Source of the DNA: an uncultured Planctomycetaceae bacterium
GTDB taxonomy: Bacteria > Planctomycetota > UBA8742 > UBA2392
Assembly: GCA_964652605.1 (NCBI GenBank)
Contig: CAZZBH010000005.1
Location: forward strand, 1 to 62,400
Direction: 5' to 3'
Length of the DNA: 62,400 nt
Shown: positions 16,547-25,487 of the stretch, in pieces
Layout of the letters: the number at the start of each line of letters is the position of its first letter
Position numbering within the stretch: the first letter of the stretch is position 1
The notes under the pieces: model-generated
The model's database searches: none
The model's input: the letters and a program-made list of their open reading frames with translations, nothing else
Told to the model about the DNA's origin: nothing
Position numbers and translations under genes: made by a program

Positions 16547-17539
16547 CTAGCGTAATCCGGTGGCGGCGCGAACACCCTGCATCACTTCTGAAGCGATTTC
16601 GCGAGCCCTTGCCGCCCCCTTGTTCAGGACTTCATAGACGTAGTCCCGGTTGTTCTGAAGCTCCTCGTACCGCTTGCGCGCCTCGCCGAACGTGCTGAAG
16701 AAGTACTCTGCAAGCCGCTTCTTGAAGTCACCGTAGCCCACACCGCCCGTCGTGTATTGATCGCGTATGGCGGCCAGTTCGCCCGGCGGGGCAAACAGCT
16801 TCAGCAGGACGTACACGTTGCAGGTGTCCGGGTTCTTGGGCGCGTCGAGCGGCGTGCTGTCGGTCTTGATCGACATGATACGCTTGCGCGTTTCCTTCTC
16901 CGGCCCGAACAGGTCAATCGTGTTGTTGTAGCTCTTGGACATCTTCTCTCCGTCAATGCCCATGACGACCGCGGTTTCGTCCAGAATGTGCGGGTTCGGC
17001 AGCTTGAGTACGCCGCCCTCGCCAGTTTGCGGGTCAAAGTCTTTGCAGAACGTCTGGTTGAACTTCACGGCGATGTCCCGCGTGATCTCCAGATGCTGCT
17101 TCTGATCTTTGCCGACCGGCACCAGGTCACTGTGATAGATCAGAATGTCTGCCGCCATCAGCACCGGGTACGTAAACAACCCGGCATCCGCGCTGATGCC
17201 CTTGGCGGTCTTGTCCTTGTAGCTGTGGGCCCGCTCCAGCAAACCCATGGGCGTGACGGTGGCGAGAATCCATTGCAGCTCGCTCACTTCCGGCACGTCG
17301 CTTTGCTTGAACAGCGTCGCCTTGGCTGGGTCCAGCCCCAGCGCCAGAAAGTTTAACGCCACGTCGAAGCACAAATCGCGCATGCGCTGGGCATCACGGA
17401 TCGTGGTCAACGCGTGCAGGTCGGCGATGAAGTACAACCCGTGGCCCTTGTGCTGCAGCTCCACGAACTGGCGGATCGCCCCGAAGTAGTTGCCGATATG
17501 CAGCTTGCCCGAAGGTTGTACGCCGCTGAGAATTCTCAT
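16547..17539 (-). CDS. trpS: Tryptophan--tRNA ligase
   Basis: HIGH motif (GKLHIGNYFGA) and KMSKS motif (GEKMSKS). The ATG at 17539 (MRILSGVQPSG) aligns with the E. coli TrpS N-terminus. The ORF extension to 17578 starts with TTG. Confidence 0.95.
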   Translation of the reverse strand: MRILSGVQPSGKLHIGNYFGAIRQFVELQHKGHGLYFIADLHALTTIRDAQRMRDLCFDVALNFLALGLDPAKATLFKQSDVPEVSELQWILATVTPMGLLERAHSYKDKTAKGISADAGLFTYPVLMAADILIYHSDLVPVGKDQKQHLEITRDIAVKFNQTFCKDFDPQTGEGGVLKLPNPHILDETAVVMGIDGEKMSKSYNNTIDLFGPEKETRKRIMSIKTDSTPLDAPKNPDTCNVYVLLKLFAPPGELAAIRDQYTTGGVGYGDFKKRLAEYFFSTFGEARKRYEELQNNRDYVYEVLNKGAARAREIASEVMQGVRAATGLR

Positions 17540-17757
17540 TGTTCTGTCCCAATGGATGGCCTGTTGTGGCTGGGACAACTAAACGACCCAGCCGTCCAAG
17601 TGCAACCGGCTGGCCTGAGTAAGCAATCAGGGTTTCCGCCGGTCTTAGCGGGCTGGCCATCGCGGGAATAAGCTGTAGTGGTCTCGCGGTGTCACTTTTG
17701 GTCCGGACCTGAAACGAATACTTCCCGACAAAAGTTGCGTAGGATAGGATTCCATTG

Positions 17758-18420
17758 ATGGGCTACTTCATCGACACTCCCGAAGGCCGCAAGGGCCCCT
17801 ATTCAGTCGAGGCAATTGTTCGCGACTTGCAAGAGGGCAAGTTGCAGCCCAACGACCGCGTGGTTGAAGAGGGCACGCATCGCCACCTCAGGGCAGGTCA
17901 GGTGGCCGCCGTCACGTCGGGCCCCGCACCGCAGCCGCGCCCCGCCCGCATGCCGGCGCCGCGCCCGCTGAGCCACGCCGGCCCGCACATGAACGCGCCC
18001 CAACCGCCCTCGTACGGGCAGTACCCGGCGCAGGCCGCGCATGGCCAGTATCCGGCGTCGCCGAACCCTTACCCAGGCAACGCCGGCGTCCCCTACCCCG
18101 GCAACCCGGCCTACCCTACGCAGTACCAGCCGTACGGTGCGCAGCAGCCGCAGTACATGTACGTCGCTGCCAGGCCGACCAGCGGTTGGGCGATTGCATC
18201 TTTGATCTGCTCGCTGGTCACGTTTGTCTTTTGCCTTCCGACATGGATCGTGGGCATCATCGGTGGCGTGATCGCGCTGAAGGAATGCGAGCCAAATGGT
18301 CCCAAGCAGGGCCGCGGGCTCGCGCTTGGCGGCCTGTGGTCCGGCATTGCGATCGGTGTGGTTTATGTGCTTGCAATTGTGGGCTGGATCGCGCTGATGG
18401 CTGAGACGGGCGGATTCTGA
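17758..18420 (+). CDS. GYF_2-domain / Pro-rich / DUF4190-type membrane protein
   Basis: N-terminus GYFIDTPEGRKGPYSVEAIVRDLQEGKL, then a Pro/Tyr/Gln-rich linker and two C-terminal TM helices. Confidence 0.6.
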   Translation: MGYFIDTPEGRKGPYSVEAIVRDLQEGKLQPNDRVVEEGTHRHLRAGQVAAVTSGPAPQPRPARMPAPRPLSHAGPHMNAPQPPSYGQYPAQAAHGQYPASPNPYPGNAGVPYPGNPAYPTQYQPYGAQQPQYMYVAARPTSGWAIASLICSLVTFVFCLPTWIVGIIGGVIALKECEPNGPKQGRGLALGGLWSGIAIGVVYVLAIVGWIALMAETGGF

Positions 18421-18505
18421 TCAGGTTGGCGGAATAGTTCCACGTTGAACGATGTTCTTCGGTCATGCGGGCCCGGTGGCCCGGTTCTGGCTTAGGAGAC
18501 ACGCC

Positions 18506-19141
18506 ATGCGAGCAGCTACCGCGCTACTCTTGTCAGGTACTTTCGTGGCCCTGATGCTTTCGGCCTGCAGCGACCCAACCGCAAATCTCACCGCGGCGAA
18601 CACCGGCGACGCCAAGGACGTAACGACCGAGCAGGGCAAGGAAGTCACGTTCAGCAACGAAGGCAGCAAGATCGGTTTTCTCGGCGCCAAGGTTACCGGC
18701 CACCATTACGGCGGGTTCAAGAAGTTCAGCGGCAAGGCTGTGCTGAGCGACGACGGCAAGGCTGTGAAGCAGGTGGAAGTTGAAATTGACATGAACTCGA
18801 TCTGGACCGACGACCCGGAAAAAGACAATGAGCGCCTGACCGGGCACCTCAAGCAAGGCGACTTCTTTCTGGTGGAAGAGCACCCGACTTCCAAGTTTAT
18901 CTCTACCAGCATTGAGCCCGCCGAAGGCGCCAACAAGTTCGAAGTCACCGGCAACCTGACGATGCGCGGCGAGACGAAGTCGATCAAGTTTCCCGCAACG
19001 ATTACCGTCAACGACGGCAAGGTAACGACCAAGGCGGAATTCAAGATCAACCGCCACGACTGGAAGGTCAGCTTTCCCGGCATGGAGGACGACCTGATCA
19101 AGGACGACGTCGGGTTGACGCTGGACATCAACGCGGGCTAG
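18506..19141 (+). CDS. YceI-family lipoprotein
   Basis: AGGAGA precedes the ATG at 18506. Lipobox LMLSAC. YceI-like body (...GHHYGGFKKFSG..., ...FEVTGNLTMRGETKSIKFPA..., INRHDW). Confidence 0.8.
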   Translation: MRAATALLLSGTFVALMLSACSDPTANLTAANTGDAKDVTTEQGKEVTFSNEGSKIGFLGAKVTGHHYGGFKKFSGKAVLSDDGKAVKQVEVEIDMNSIWTDDPEKDNERLTGHLKQGDFFLVEEHPTSKFISTSIEPAEGANKFEVTGNLTMRGETKSIKFPATITVNDGKVTTKAEFKINRHDWKVSFPGMEDDLIKDDVGLTLDINAG

Positions 19142-20352
19142 TTGTCGGTGCGCTCTTCTTCCTCGCCGCGTTCGCGGGGCAGGCGGGCGCGGATATCCGG
19201 CGCAAGGTCCTTGAAGAAAATGGGAATGTAGCGGGCAGGGTACAGGATACCCTGCCCGTTCTTGTAAAGCCGCTTGACGATCGGAATGTGGTGCACGCCC
19301 ACCTTTCCGATGTACATCAGCTCAAAGTCTTCTGGCGTGGTTTCCCAAAGCTGGCGCACCAGCTCATACCCGCTGAAGTAGATGTGGTCCTTGGTGTAGC
19401 CGCCGCCGCGAAAGGCGCGCTCGCAGATGGTGTATGCCTCGGCGCGTGTGAACTTATGTTCGCTGGCAAGTATGTTGAAGATCTCCGCGAACGGCAGCTC
19501 TTCTTTGTCCATCAGGTACACGGCTTTGGTGCGCCCGGCCAACAGACGCTTGCGGCGGTTACTGAGCACGCCCGCAAGTTCCTCGTTGAAAGTCGCCAGG
19601 CCTTCTTCGGTTGACAGGTAGCCGGAACCCGGGATGTCCACGCGCGGGAACCCGTGAAAAAACAGCGCGCGAAACGGCTGCATTTCGCCGTTGCGCGAGC
19701 GCAGTACATGAGTCTGGATTTCATGTACTGCAAGCGACGCGATGTCGTTATCGCTGTACGTCGCACCCTTGCGCAAGGCCACGCTTGCTTCGCCGGCGGC
19801 TGCGTCGCTGCTGAGGTACTTGCGCACTCGCACGGTGCAGAGAATCTTCTGTTTGCGCACGACCGCATCAAGTTTCGAGCGGGCTTCGCGCGCGTCGGCC
19901 ATCTCGGTCGGCTCGGGCTCCGGCGGCAGCTTCAGCCATTCTTCGGCTTTGTGCAATGTTCGCTTGTCCGCGGTACCAAACAGCAGTCGTGAACGGTCCA
20001 GAAACTCGGGCGTGGTGCGCGACTCAAGCATGCAGATGGTGTTGAACACTTCGTCGCGCTTGGCGCGGTAGATGCGCCCCATCTCGCTATCGACAATGGG
20101 CAGGTTGAGAAGTTCAACTTTGGTGGCCTCGGGGTCGAAGTCCAGGCTCCGGTACCGGAACTTCGGGTTTTGCTTGGGGACCTTCTCGCGCTGCACATAC
20201 GTCTTGGCGATGTCGGTGCTGTTGACAGGGTTGATGTAGCGCAGCACGCGCAGATTGGCGCTGGCCATGCTGATGTGCCGGTCTGCCTCGAGCAGCAGGA
20301 AAAAGTCCTGGCTCTCGAACGCTTCCTGAAATGCATGGTGTTCGTCGTTCAC
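19138..20352 (-). CDS. DUF1704 / MATCAP-like tyrosine-carboxypeptidase-family protein ('QEGLA-motif' protein)
   Basis: VHEIQTHVLR (HExxxH-type metal site) and STEEGLATFNE (the QEGLA-motif position). About 400 aa, typical for the family. Confidence 0.65.
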   Translation of the reverse strand: MNDEHHAFQEAFESQDFFLLLEADRHISMASANLRVLRYINPVNSTDIAKTYVQREKVPKQNPKFRYRSLDFDPEATKVELLNLPIVDSEMGRIYRAKRDEVFNTICMLESRTTPEFLDRSRLLFGTADKRTLHKAEEWLKLPPEPEPTEMADAREARSKLDAVVRKQKILCTVRVRKYLSSDAAAGEASVALRKGATYSDNDIASLAVHEIQTHVLRSRNGEMQPFRALFFHGFPRVDIPGSGYLSTEEGLATFNEELAGVLSNRRKRLLAGRTKAVYLMDKEELPFAEIFNILASEHKFTRAEAYTICERAFRGGGYTKDHIYFSGYELVRQLWETTPEDFELMYIGKVGVHHIPIVKRLYKNGQGILYPARYIPIFFKDLAPDIRARLPRERGEEEERTDN

Positions 20353-20397
20353 GATTCAGAGTGTGCAGCAGCGACACCCACAGGGGCAAGGGGCTGG

Positions 20398-20693
20398 CTA
20401 GGTTAGTCGGTCTGTCCAGACTCGTGGGTTGCGGTGCGCGTGGACAATCGCGACGATCTGGATGGATTCCGGCTCGTCCAGATAGATGACGAGATACGGA
20501 AAACGGCGAAGCCTGGCTTTTCTCGCCCCTCTTCAGTTTCGGGGTACATGGACGGGTTCTCGGAAATCATCTGCGCCGTTCGCCGAAACTCATCCAGCAA
20601 CTCGTCACCAAGGCCCGGGCTCTGCGCTTCGTACCACGCATCAGCATCTGCAAGGTCAGCCTTCGCAAATGGCTGAAGCTTGATGGCCTTCAT
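20398..20693 (-). pseudogene. Frameshifted ParE/RelE-family toxin
   Basis: Frame 0 reads MKAIKLQPFAKADLADADAWYEAQSPGLGDELLDEFRRTAQMISENPSMYPE and then becomes non-family sequence. The conserved C-terminus RGARKARLRRFPYLVIYLDEPESIQIVAIVHAHRNPRVWTDR is in a second frame ending at 20398. The shift lies between ~20505 and 20537. Confidence 0.75.
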
Positions 20694-20902
20694 TTGCGGG
20701 CAGCCCTGATTTCTTCGATCGCCTGTTCGACGGGTACTCCGGGCTAAGGGTTGCTGCGAAACTCACGGACACGAGCACGTATCAACTCGCGCTGTTGCGG
20801 CGAAAGCGGAATATCCTGTTCAGCAGCAAGGCTTTCCCAGACCGCCTCAAGCAGCGCCAGTCGGTCAGCAACGGAAAGCCGGTCAAGGAATGCAGGGCTC
20901 AT
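20690..20902 (-). pseudogene. Addiction-module antitoxin (TIGR02574-like) interrupted by an in-frame TAG
   Basis: My translation: MSPAFLDRLSVADRLALLEAVWESLAAEQDIPLSPQQRELIRARVREFRSNP-TAG(20744-20746)-PGVPVEQAIEEIRAARK-TGA. The TGA overlaps the toxin ATG (ATGA). Confidence 0.65.
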
Positions 20903-20956
20903 GACGTCAGTATAAGGCGAAAGGCACGGCCCGTCGATTCCAAGCCCAATCGACCT

Positions 20957-22441
20957 CTACAGACTTGATCCAAAATCCCGCCGAAAACTGGCCATGTCCC
21001 GCGCCGCGCGCCGCACGTTGGCCTTGGCGCGCTTCTTGCCCGACTTCATCGCGCCCTGTTGCTGCTTCAGCATCTTCTTTTTGTCGCGGCCCAGCTTCCA
21101 CGCCGCGGCTTTGCCCATCATGCCCTGGTTCTTGAGGCCCTGAACCATCTCGCGCATCTGCTCAAACGACTTCAGCAGGCGATTGAGCTCTTCGGGCGTG
21201 CGGCCCGCGCCAGCCGCTATGCGCCGCTTGCGTGAGAGATTCAGTTGCTCCGGCAGGCGCCTCTCCTTGGGCGTCATCGACAGGATCAGCGCTTCTACGT
21301 GATCCAGGCCGCGCTCGTTGATCTGGTCCAGAGGCAACTCCGAGCCGCCGGGTATCATCTTGAGCAGCTCCCCCATCGGGCCCATCTTGCGGATCGCTTT
21401 GATCTGCGTGAGGAAGTCCTCCAGCGTGAATTCATCTGTCAGCAGCTTCTGCTCAAGCTCCAGTGCCTCTTCTTCGTTGATCGCGCTTTGCGCCTTTTCG
21501 ACCAGACTGACCACGTCGCCCATGCCCAGAATGCGGCTGGCAATCCGGTCGGCGTGGAAGACTTCCAGCCCGTCCATCTTTTCGCTGATGCCGATGAAGC
21601 GGATCGGCTTGCCGGTCACCGCCCGCACGGTCATCACCGCGCCGCCGCGGGAGTCGCCGTCCAGCTTGGTAAGAATCGCGCCTGTCAGCGGCAGTTGTTC
21701 GTCAAAGGCCTTGGCGGATTTGACGGCGTCCTGGCCGGTCATGCCGTCGCAGACGAAAAAGACTTCGTCCGGCTTGGTGCGCTTGGCGATCTCCTGCACC
21801 TCGCGCATCAGCACGTCGTCCACGTGCAGGCGGCCGGCTGTGTCTAGGATGATCACGTCGCACGAGCGCTTCTTGGCTTCGGCGATGGCGCGTTCACACA
21901 CGTCGGGGGGCGTAGATGAGCGGTCAGCAAACACCGGCACGCCGATGCCCTTGCCGACGACTTCCAACTGGTCCACAGCCGCGGGGCGCTGCAAGTCAGC
22001 CGCTACCAGCATGGGGCTCTTGCGGAACTTCTGCTTGAGGTACAGCGCCAGCTTGCCGCAGGTGGTGGTTTTGCCCGCGCCTTGCAAGCCCGCCATCAGG
22101 ATAATGGTCGGGCGGTCGCCGCGGAAACTCATCTTGGCGCGGCCCTGGTCGTCGACGACGCCGGGCTCCTGCATCATGCTGATCAGCTCATCGTTGACAA
22201 TCTTGATGAATTGCTCGCCCGGCCGCACGCCCTTAAGAACCTCGGCGCCCAGCGCCTTTTCGCGCACGCGCTCAGTGAAGTTCTTGGCGACCTGCAGGCT
22301 GACGTCGGCCTCCAGCAGCGCAGTACGGATCGCGCGCGCAGCCTCTTTGATGTTGTCTTCGGAAATCGTGTCAGAGCCGCTAAGCTTCCGCCAAAGATCG
22401 GTAAAGCGGCTGGAAATGTTGTCGAACATGCGCAATTCCAA
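20957..22441 (-). CDS. ffh: Signal recognition particle protein Ffh
   Basis: NG domain (GLQGAGKTTTCGKLA, DTAGR, TKLDGD), M domain (FTLEDFLTQIKAIRKMGPMGELLKMIPG ... SRKRRIAAGAGRTPEELNRLLKSFEQM) and a basic tail. Confidence 0.95.
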   Translation of the reverse strand: MELRMFDNISSRFTDLWRKLSGSDTISEDNIKEAARAIRTALLEADVSLQVAKNFTERVREKALGAEVLKGVRPGEQFIKIVNDELISMMQEPGVVDDQGRAKMSFRGDRPTIILMAGLQGAGKTTTCGKLALYLKQKFRKSPMLVAADLQRPAAVDQLEVVGKGIGVPVFADRSSTPPDVCERAIAEAKKRSCDVIILDTAGRLHVDDVLMREVQEIAKRTKPDEVFFVCDGMTGQDAVKSAKAFDEQLPLTGAILTKLDGDSRGGAVMTVRAVTGKPIRFIGISEKMDGLEVFHADRIASRILGMGDVVSLVEKAQSAINEEEALELEQKLLTDEFTLEDFLTQIKAIRKMGPMGELLKMIPGGSELPLDQINERGLDHVEALILSMTPKERRLPEQLNLSRKRRIAAGAGRTPEELNRLLKSFEQMREMVQGLKNQGMMGKAAAWKLGRDKKKMLKQQQGAMKSGKKRAKANVRRAARDMASFRRDFGSSL

Positions 22442-22643
22442 AGCAGCGGCGGCCCCAACCGGCCGCGCGCCAAGCGCGGCAGTCTAGCAACGACCGCAGA
22501 GGTGAGTAGGCGGGCGCGCGTGCGCCGACTTGTGAGTGCATCGGCTACCGCTACACTTGCTGCCAAAAGCCTTCTAGCTGGAAGGCGGTCCAGCGGGTGT
22601 CGGAAACGCCGGCAATTCCGCTATAGATGCCGAAGAGGCTGAG

Positions 22644-25244
22644 ATGACAGACGCCCCGCGCCTGCACGCGCAGTTGCAACCCGCCGCCGGCGACCATTCA
22701 CCCGACAGCTACCGCAAACGCAAGGGCGAGATCCTCGACCGCTTCGAACGCGGCAGCCACGTGGACAAGCTCGACCTGCTCACCGGCAAGCTGACACCCG
22801 ACGGCAAAGCCGTTCCGTCAGGCCAGCGCACGCGCCAGGCCGAGCTCAACCGCCAGTGGCTGACAGAAGAACGCGAACGCCTGCAAGCCGCGCGAGGCAA
22901 CCCGGTCGCCTACGCGCAGCAGCACAGCGATACCGGGTTCAACACGCCCCACGACGCGGTGGACCGCTTCCTGCGCACGCAGGGGGCCAAAGGCAGCGCG
23001 AACGAAGCCGATCTCGCGGCCAAGGCAGCCAAGGCGCAGGAGTACGCGGCGAAGCTGGCAAGTGAGTTTTATAGTTCCGAGTTCCGGGTTCCGAGTTCAA
23101 CCGCAGAGCAACCCGGAACGCAGAACCCGGAACGCAGAACCTTTGACAGAACTGCCTTCCTGCCCACCTCCCGCGCCGACATGACCGCCCGCGGCTGGGA
23201 ACAATGCGATTTCATCCTCGTCACCGGCGACGCCTACGTGGATCACCCCAGCTTCGCCAACGCCGTCATCGGCCGCGTGCTGGAGTGGGCTGGGTTCAAG
23301 GTCGGCATCCTGGCACAGCCGGATTACACCAGCCCCGAGGCCTTCAAGGCGCTGGGCGCGCCGCGGCTGGCATTTCTGGTCAGCGCGGGCAACCTCGACA
23401 GCAACCTCAACGCCTACACCGCGCACAAGCTGCCGCGCAGCGACGACCCCTACTCGCCCGGCGGCAAGCCCGGCAAGCGCCCCGTGCGCGCGACCATCGT
23501 CTACTGCAACATGATCCGCCGCGCGTTCGGCAAGTCGCCCATCATCGTCGGTGGCATCGAAGCCAGCCAGCGCCGCTTTTCTCACTACGACTACTGGGAC
23601 GACCGCGTGCGCCGCAGCGTGCTGCTGGATTCCAACGCCGACATGCTCGTATTCGGCATGGGCGAGCAGCAGATCGTAGAGCTGGCGCACCGCCTGAACG
23701 CTGGCGAAGCCATCAACGAAATCTCCGACGTGCGCGGGACTGCCTACGTGAAGAAGGACATCACGTTTCTTGACACGACGGCTTTCACCGACCGCTTCGG
23801 CGCGCCTGTACACACGCTCGCGCACGAGGACCTGCTACCGCCACGCGAGGTAGGAGGTGAGAGGTTGGAGGTGGGGAACGGCGATGTGCAGACCGCGCAA
23901 TCTCGCTCCTCCCCCCTCCCACCTCCCACCACCACAGTCCCCGACCGCGTCCAGGAACACCAGGACACCAGCCCCGAAAACGTCCCCGAGTACCGGCGCA
24001 ATTACGCGCAGGCATTCAAAACCATCTTCGACCAGCAGGACCCCGTGCGCGGCCGCCCCGTCGTGCAGCGCACGGGCAAGCTTCACGTGATCCAGCTTCC
24101 GCCGTCGCGACTGCAATCGCAGGAGGAACTCGACCGCTGGTACGACCTGCCCTACACGCGCCTGCCGCACCCGGACTACGCCAAGGAAGGCGTGCCCGCT
24201 TGGCTGACCACGCAGCACAGCATCATTACTCACCGCGGGTGCATGGGCTCGTGCACCTTCTGCGCAATCTGGATGCACCAGGGACGCACCATTCAGAGCC
24301 GCAGCGTCGAAAGCATCGAAGCGGAAGCCAAGTCGATCACCCGCATGCCCACCTTCAAGGGCTACATCAGTGACGTGGGCGGGCCGACCGCGAACATGTA
24401 CGGCAACTATTGCAGCGTCCAGCAGAACCTCGGCGCGTGCAAGAACCGCGACTGCCTGCTGCCCGACCCCTGCCCCGCGCTGCGCCAGCACCTCGACGCA
24501 CAGCTCGAAATGCTGCGCCGCGTGCGCGCCGTGCCCGGCGTTAAGAAGGCGTTCATCGCCAGCGGCATCCGCCATGACATGCTGATCGACGACAAAACCG
24601 CGGGCGAGCACGGCGAGAAGTACATCGAAAACCTGGCTGCCCACCACACCTCGGGCCACCTGAAAGTTGCGCCGGAGCACCTCTCCGACAGCGTGCTTGC
24701 CAAGATGCGCAAGCCGGGCCTGCACAAGTACGAAATCTTCAAGAAGCGCTTCGTCGAAGCCAGCAAGCGCGTTGGCAAGGAGCAGTACCTTGTCGCTTAT
24801 TTCGTCAGCAGCCACCCTGGGTGCACGATGGACGAGCAGATCCGGCTTGCGGAATACTTCAAGAAGAACAACTGGTCGCCGGAGCAGGTGCAGGACTTCA
24901 TCCCGACCCCGATGACGCCCGCGACCGCCATGTTCTACAGCGGCCACGATCCCGAGACGCTGGAGTTCGTCTATACCCCCACCACCATGCGCGAGAAGCG
25001 CCGCCAGCGCGCGCTGATGCAATACTCAAGGCCCGAGTTCCAGGGCCGAGTCCGCAAGGCACTAAGGGAAGCCGGCCGCACCGACCTGATCGGTCGCAAC
25101 GCCGAAGCGCTGGTCCCACCCGGCAACGAAGAAGACTGGGAGGACGACAACCCGGCAAGGCCAGCCGGAATAGGCAGCGGCCCAGCCACACTAAAGCGCC
25201 GCAACAACCCCTACCGAGGAAAGCGCCGCATACGGCGACGCTAG
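22644..25244 (+). CDS. ygiQ: YgiQ-family (UPF0313) radical SAM protein with a long N-terminal extension and an internal insertion
   Basis: FLPTSRADMTARGWEQCDFILVTGDAYVDHPSFANAVIGRVLE matches the family N-terminus. Radical-SAM cluster site HRGCMGSCTFCA. The true start is uncertain: no canonical start codon lies in frame between the GTG near 22957 and the conserved FLPTS segment. Confidence 0.85.
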   Translation: MTDAPRLHAQLQPAAGDHSPDSYRKRKGEILDRFERGSHVDKLDLLTGKLTPDGKAVPSGQRTRQAELNRQWLTEERERLQAARGNPVAYAQQHSDTGFNTPHDAVDRFLRTQGAKGSANEADLAAKAAKAQEYAAKLASEFYSSEFRVPSSTAEQPGTQNPERRTFDRTAFLPTSRADMTARGWEQCDFILVTGDAYVDHPSFANAVIGRVLEWAGFKVGILAQPDYTSPEAFKALGAPRLAFLVSAGNLDSNLNAYTAHKLPRSDDPYSPGGKPGKRPVRATIVYCNMIRRAFGKSPIIVGGIEASQRRFSHYDYWDDRVRRSVLLDSNADMLVFGMGEQQIVELAHRLNAGEAINEISDVRGTAYVKKDITFLDTTAFTDRFGAPVHTLAHEDLLPPREVGGERLEVGNGDVQTAQSRSSPLPPPTTTVPDRVQEHQDTSPENVPEYRRNYAQAFKTIFDQQDPVRGRPVVQRTGKLHVIQLPPSRLQSQEELDRWYDLPYTRLPHPDYAKEGVPAWLTTQHSIITHRGCMGSCTFCAIWMHQGRTIQSRSVESIEAEAKSITRMPTFKGYISDVGGPTANMYGNYCSVQQNLGACKNRDCLLPDPCPALRQHLDAQLEMLRRVRAVPGVKKAFIASGIRHDMLIDDKTAGEHGEKYIENLAAHHTSGHLKVAPEHLSDSVLAKMRKPGLHKYEIFKKRFVEASKRVGKEQYLVAYFVSSHPGCTMDEQIRLAEYFKKNNWSPEQVQDFIPTPMTPATAMFYSGHDPETLEFVYTPTTMREKRRQRALMQYSRPEFQGRVRKALREAGRTDLIGRNAEALVPPGNEEDWEDDNPARPAGIGSGPATLKRRNNPYRGKRRIRRR

Positions 25245-25487
25245 AGCACTGCTGTGCGAAGACGCGAACGACTCGCGAAGTCGCGGAGAACTACAAGAGC
25301 AAACACGAAAACACAAAAGCGCCAAAGAACCTTCTGGTGTTTTCGTACTTCAGTGCTTTCCGCAGTTCCCTTTCTTCGCGGCTTCGCGTGTCCTCCGCGC
25401 CTTTGCGTAACTTGGCTACTCAACGACTGAGGCCATTGCAGAATCGTAGGCGGTGGCCCTTTACCCGTGTGGATCGCAAGCCAAGGT

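Noticed and set aside
20744-20746. In-frame TAG in the antitoxin as programmed recoding (for example pyrrolysine or readthrough)
   Set aside because: There is no supporting context: no pyl genes in the window, and the partner toxin is also broken. Simple pseudogenisation is more parsimonious.
23097-25022. Antisense ORFs 23097..23825 and 23835..25022 within ygiQ
   Set aside because: They lie opposite a strongly conserved radical SAM gene and have no motifs. They are a composition artefact.
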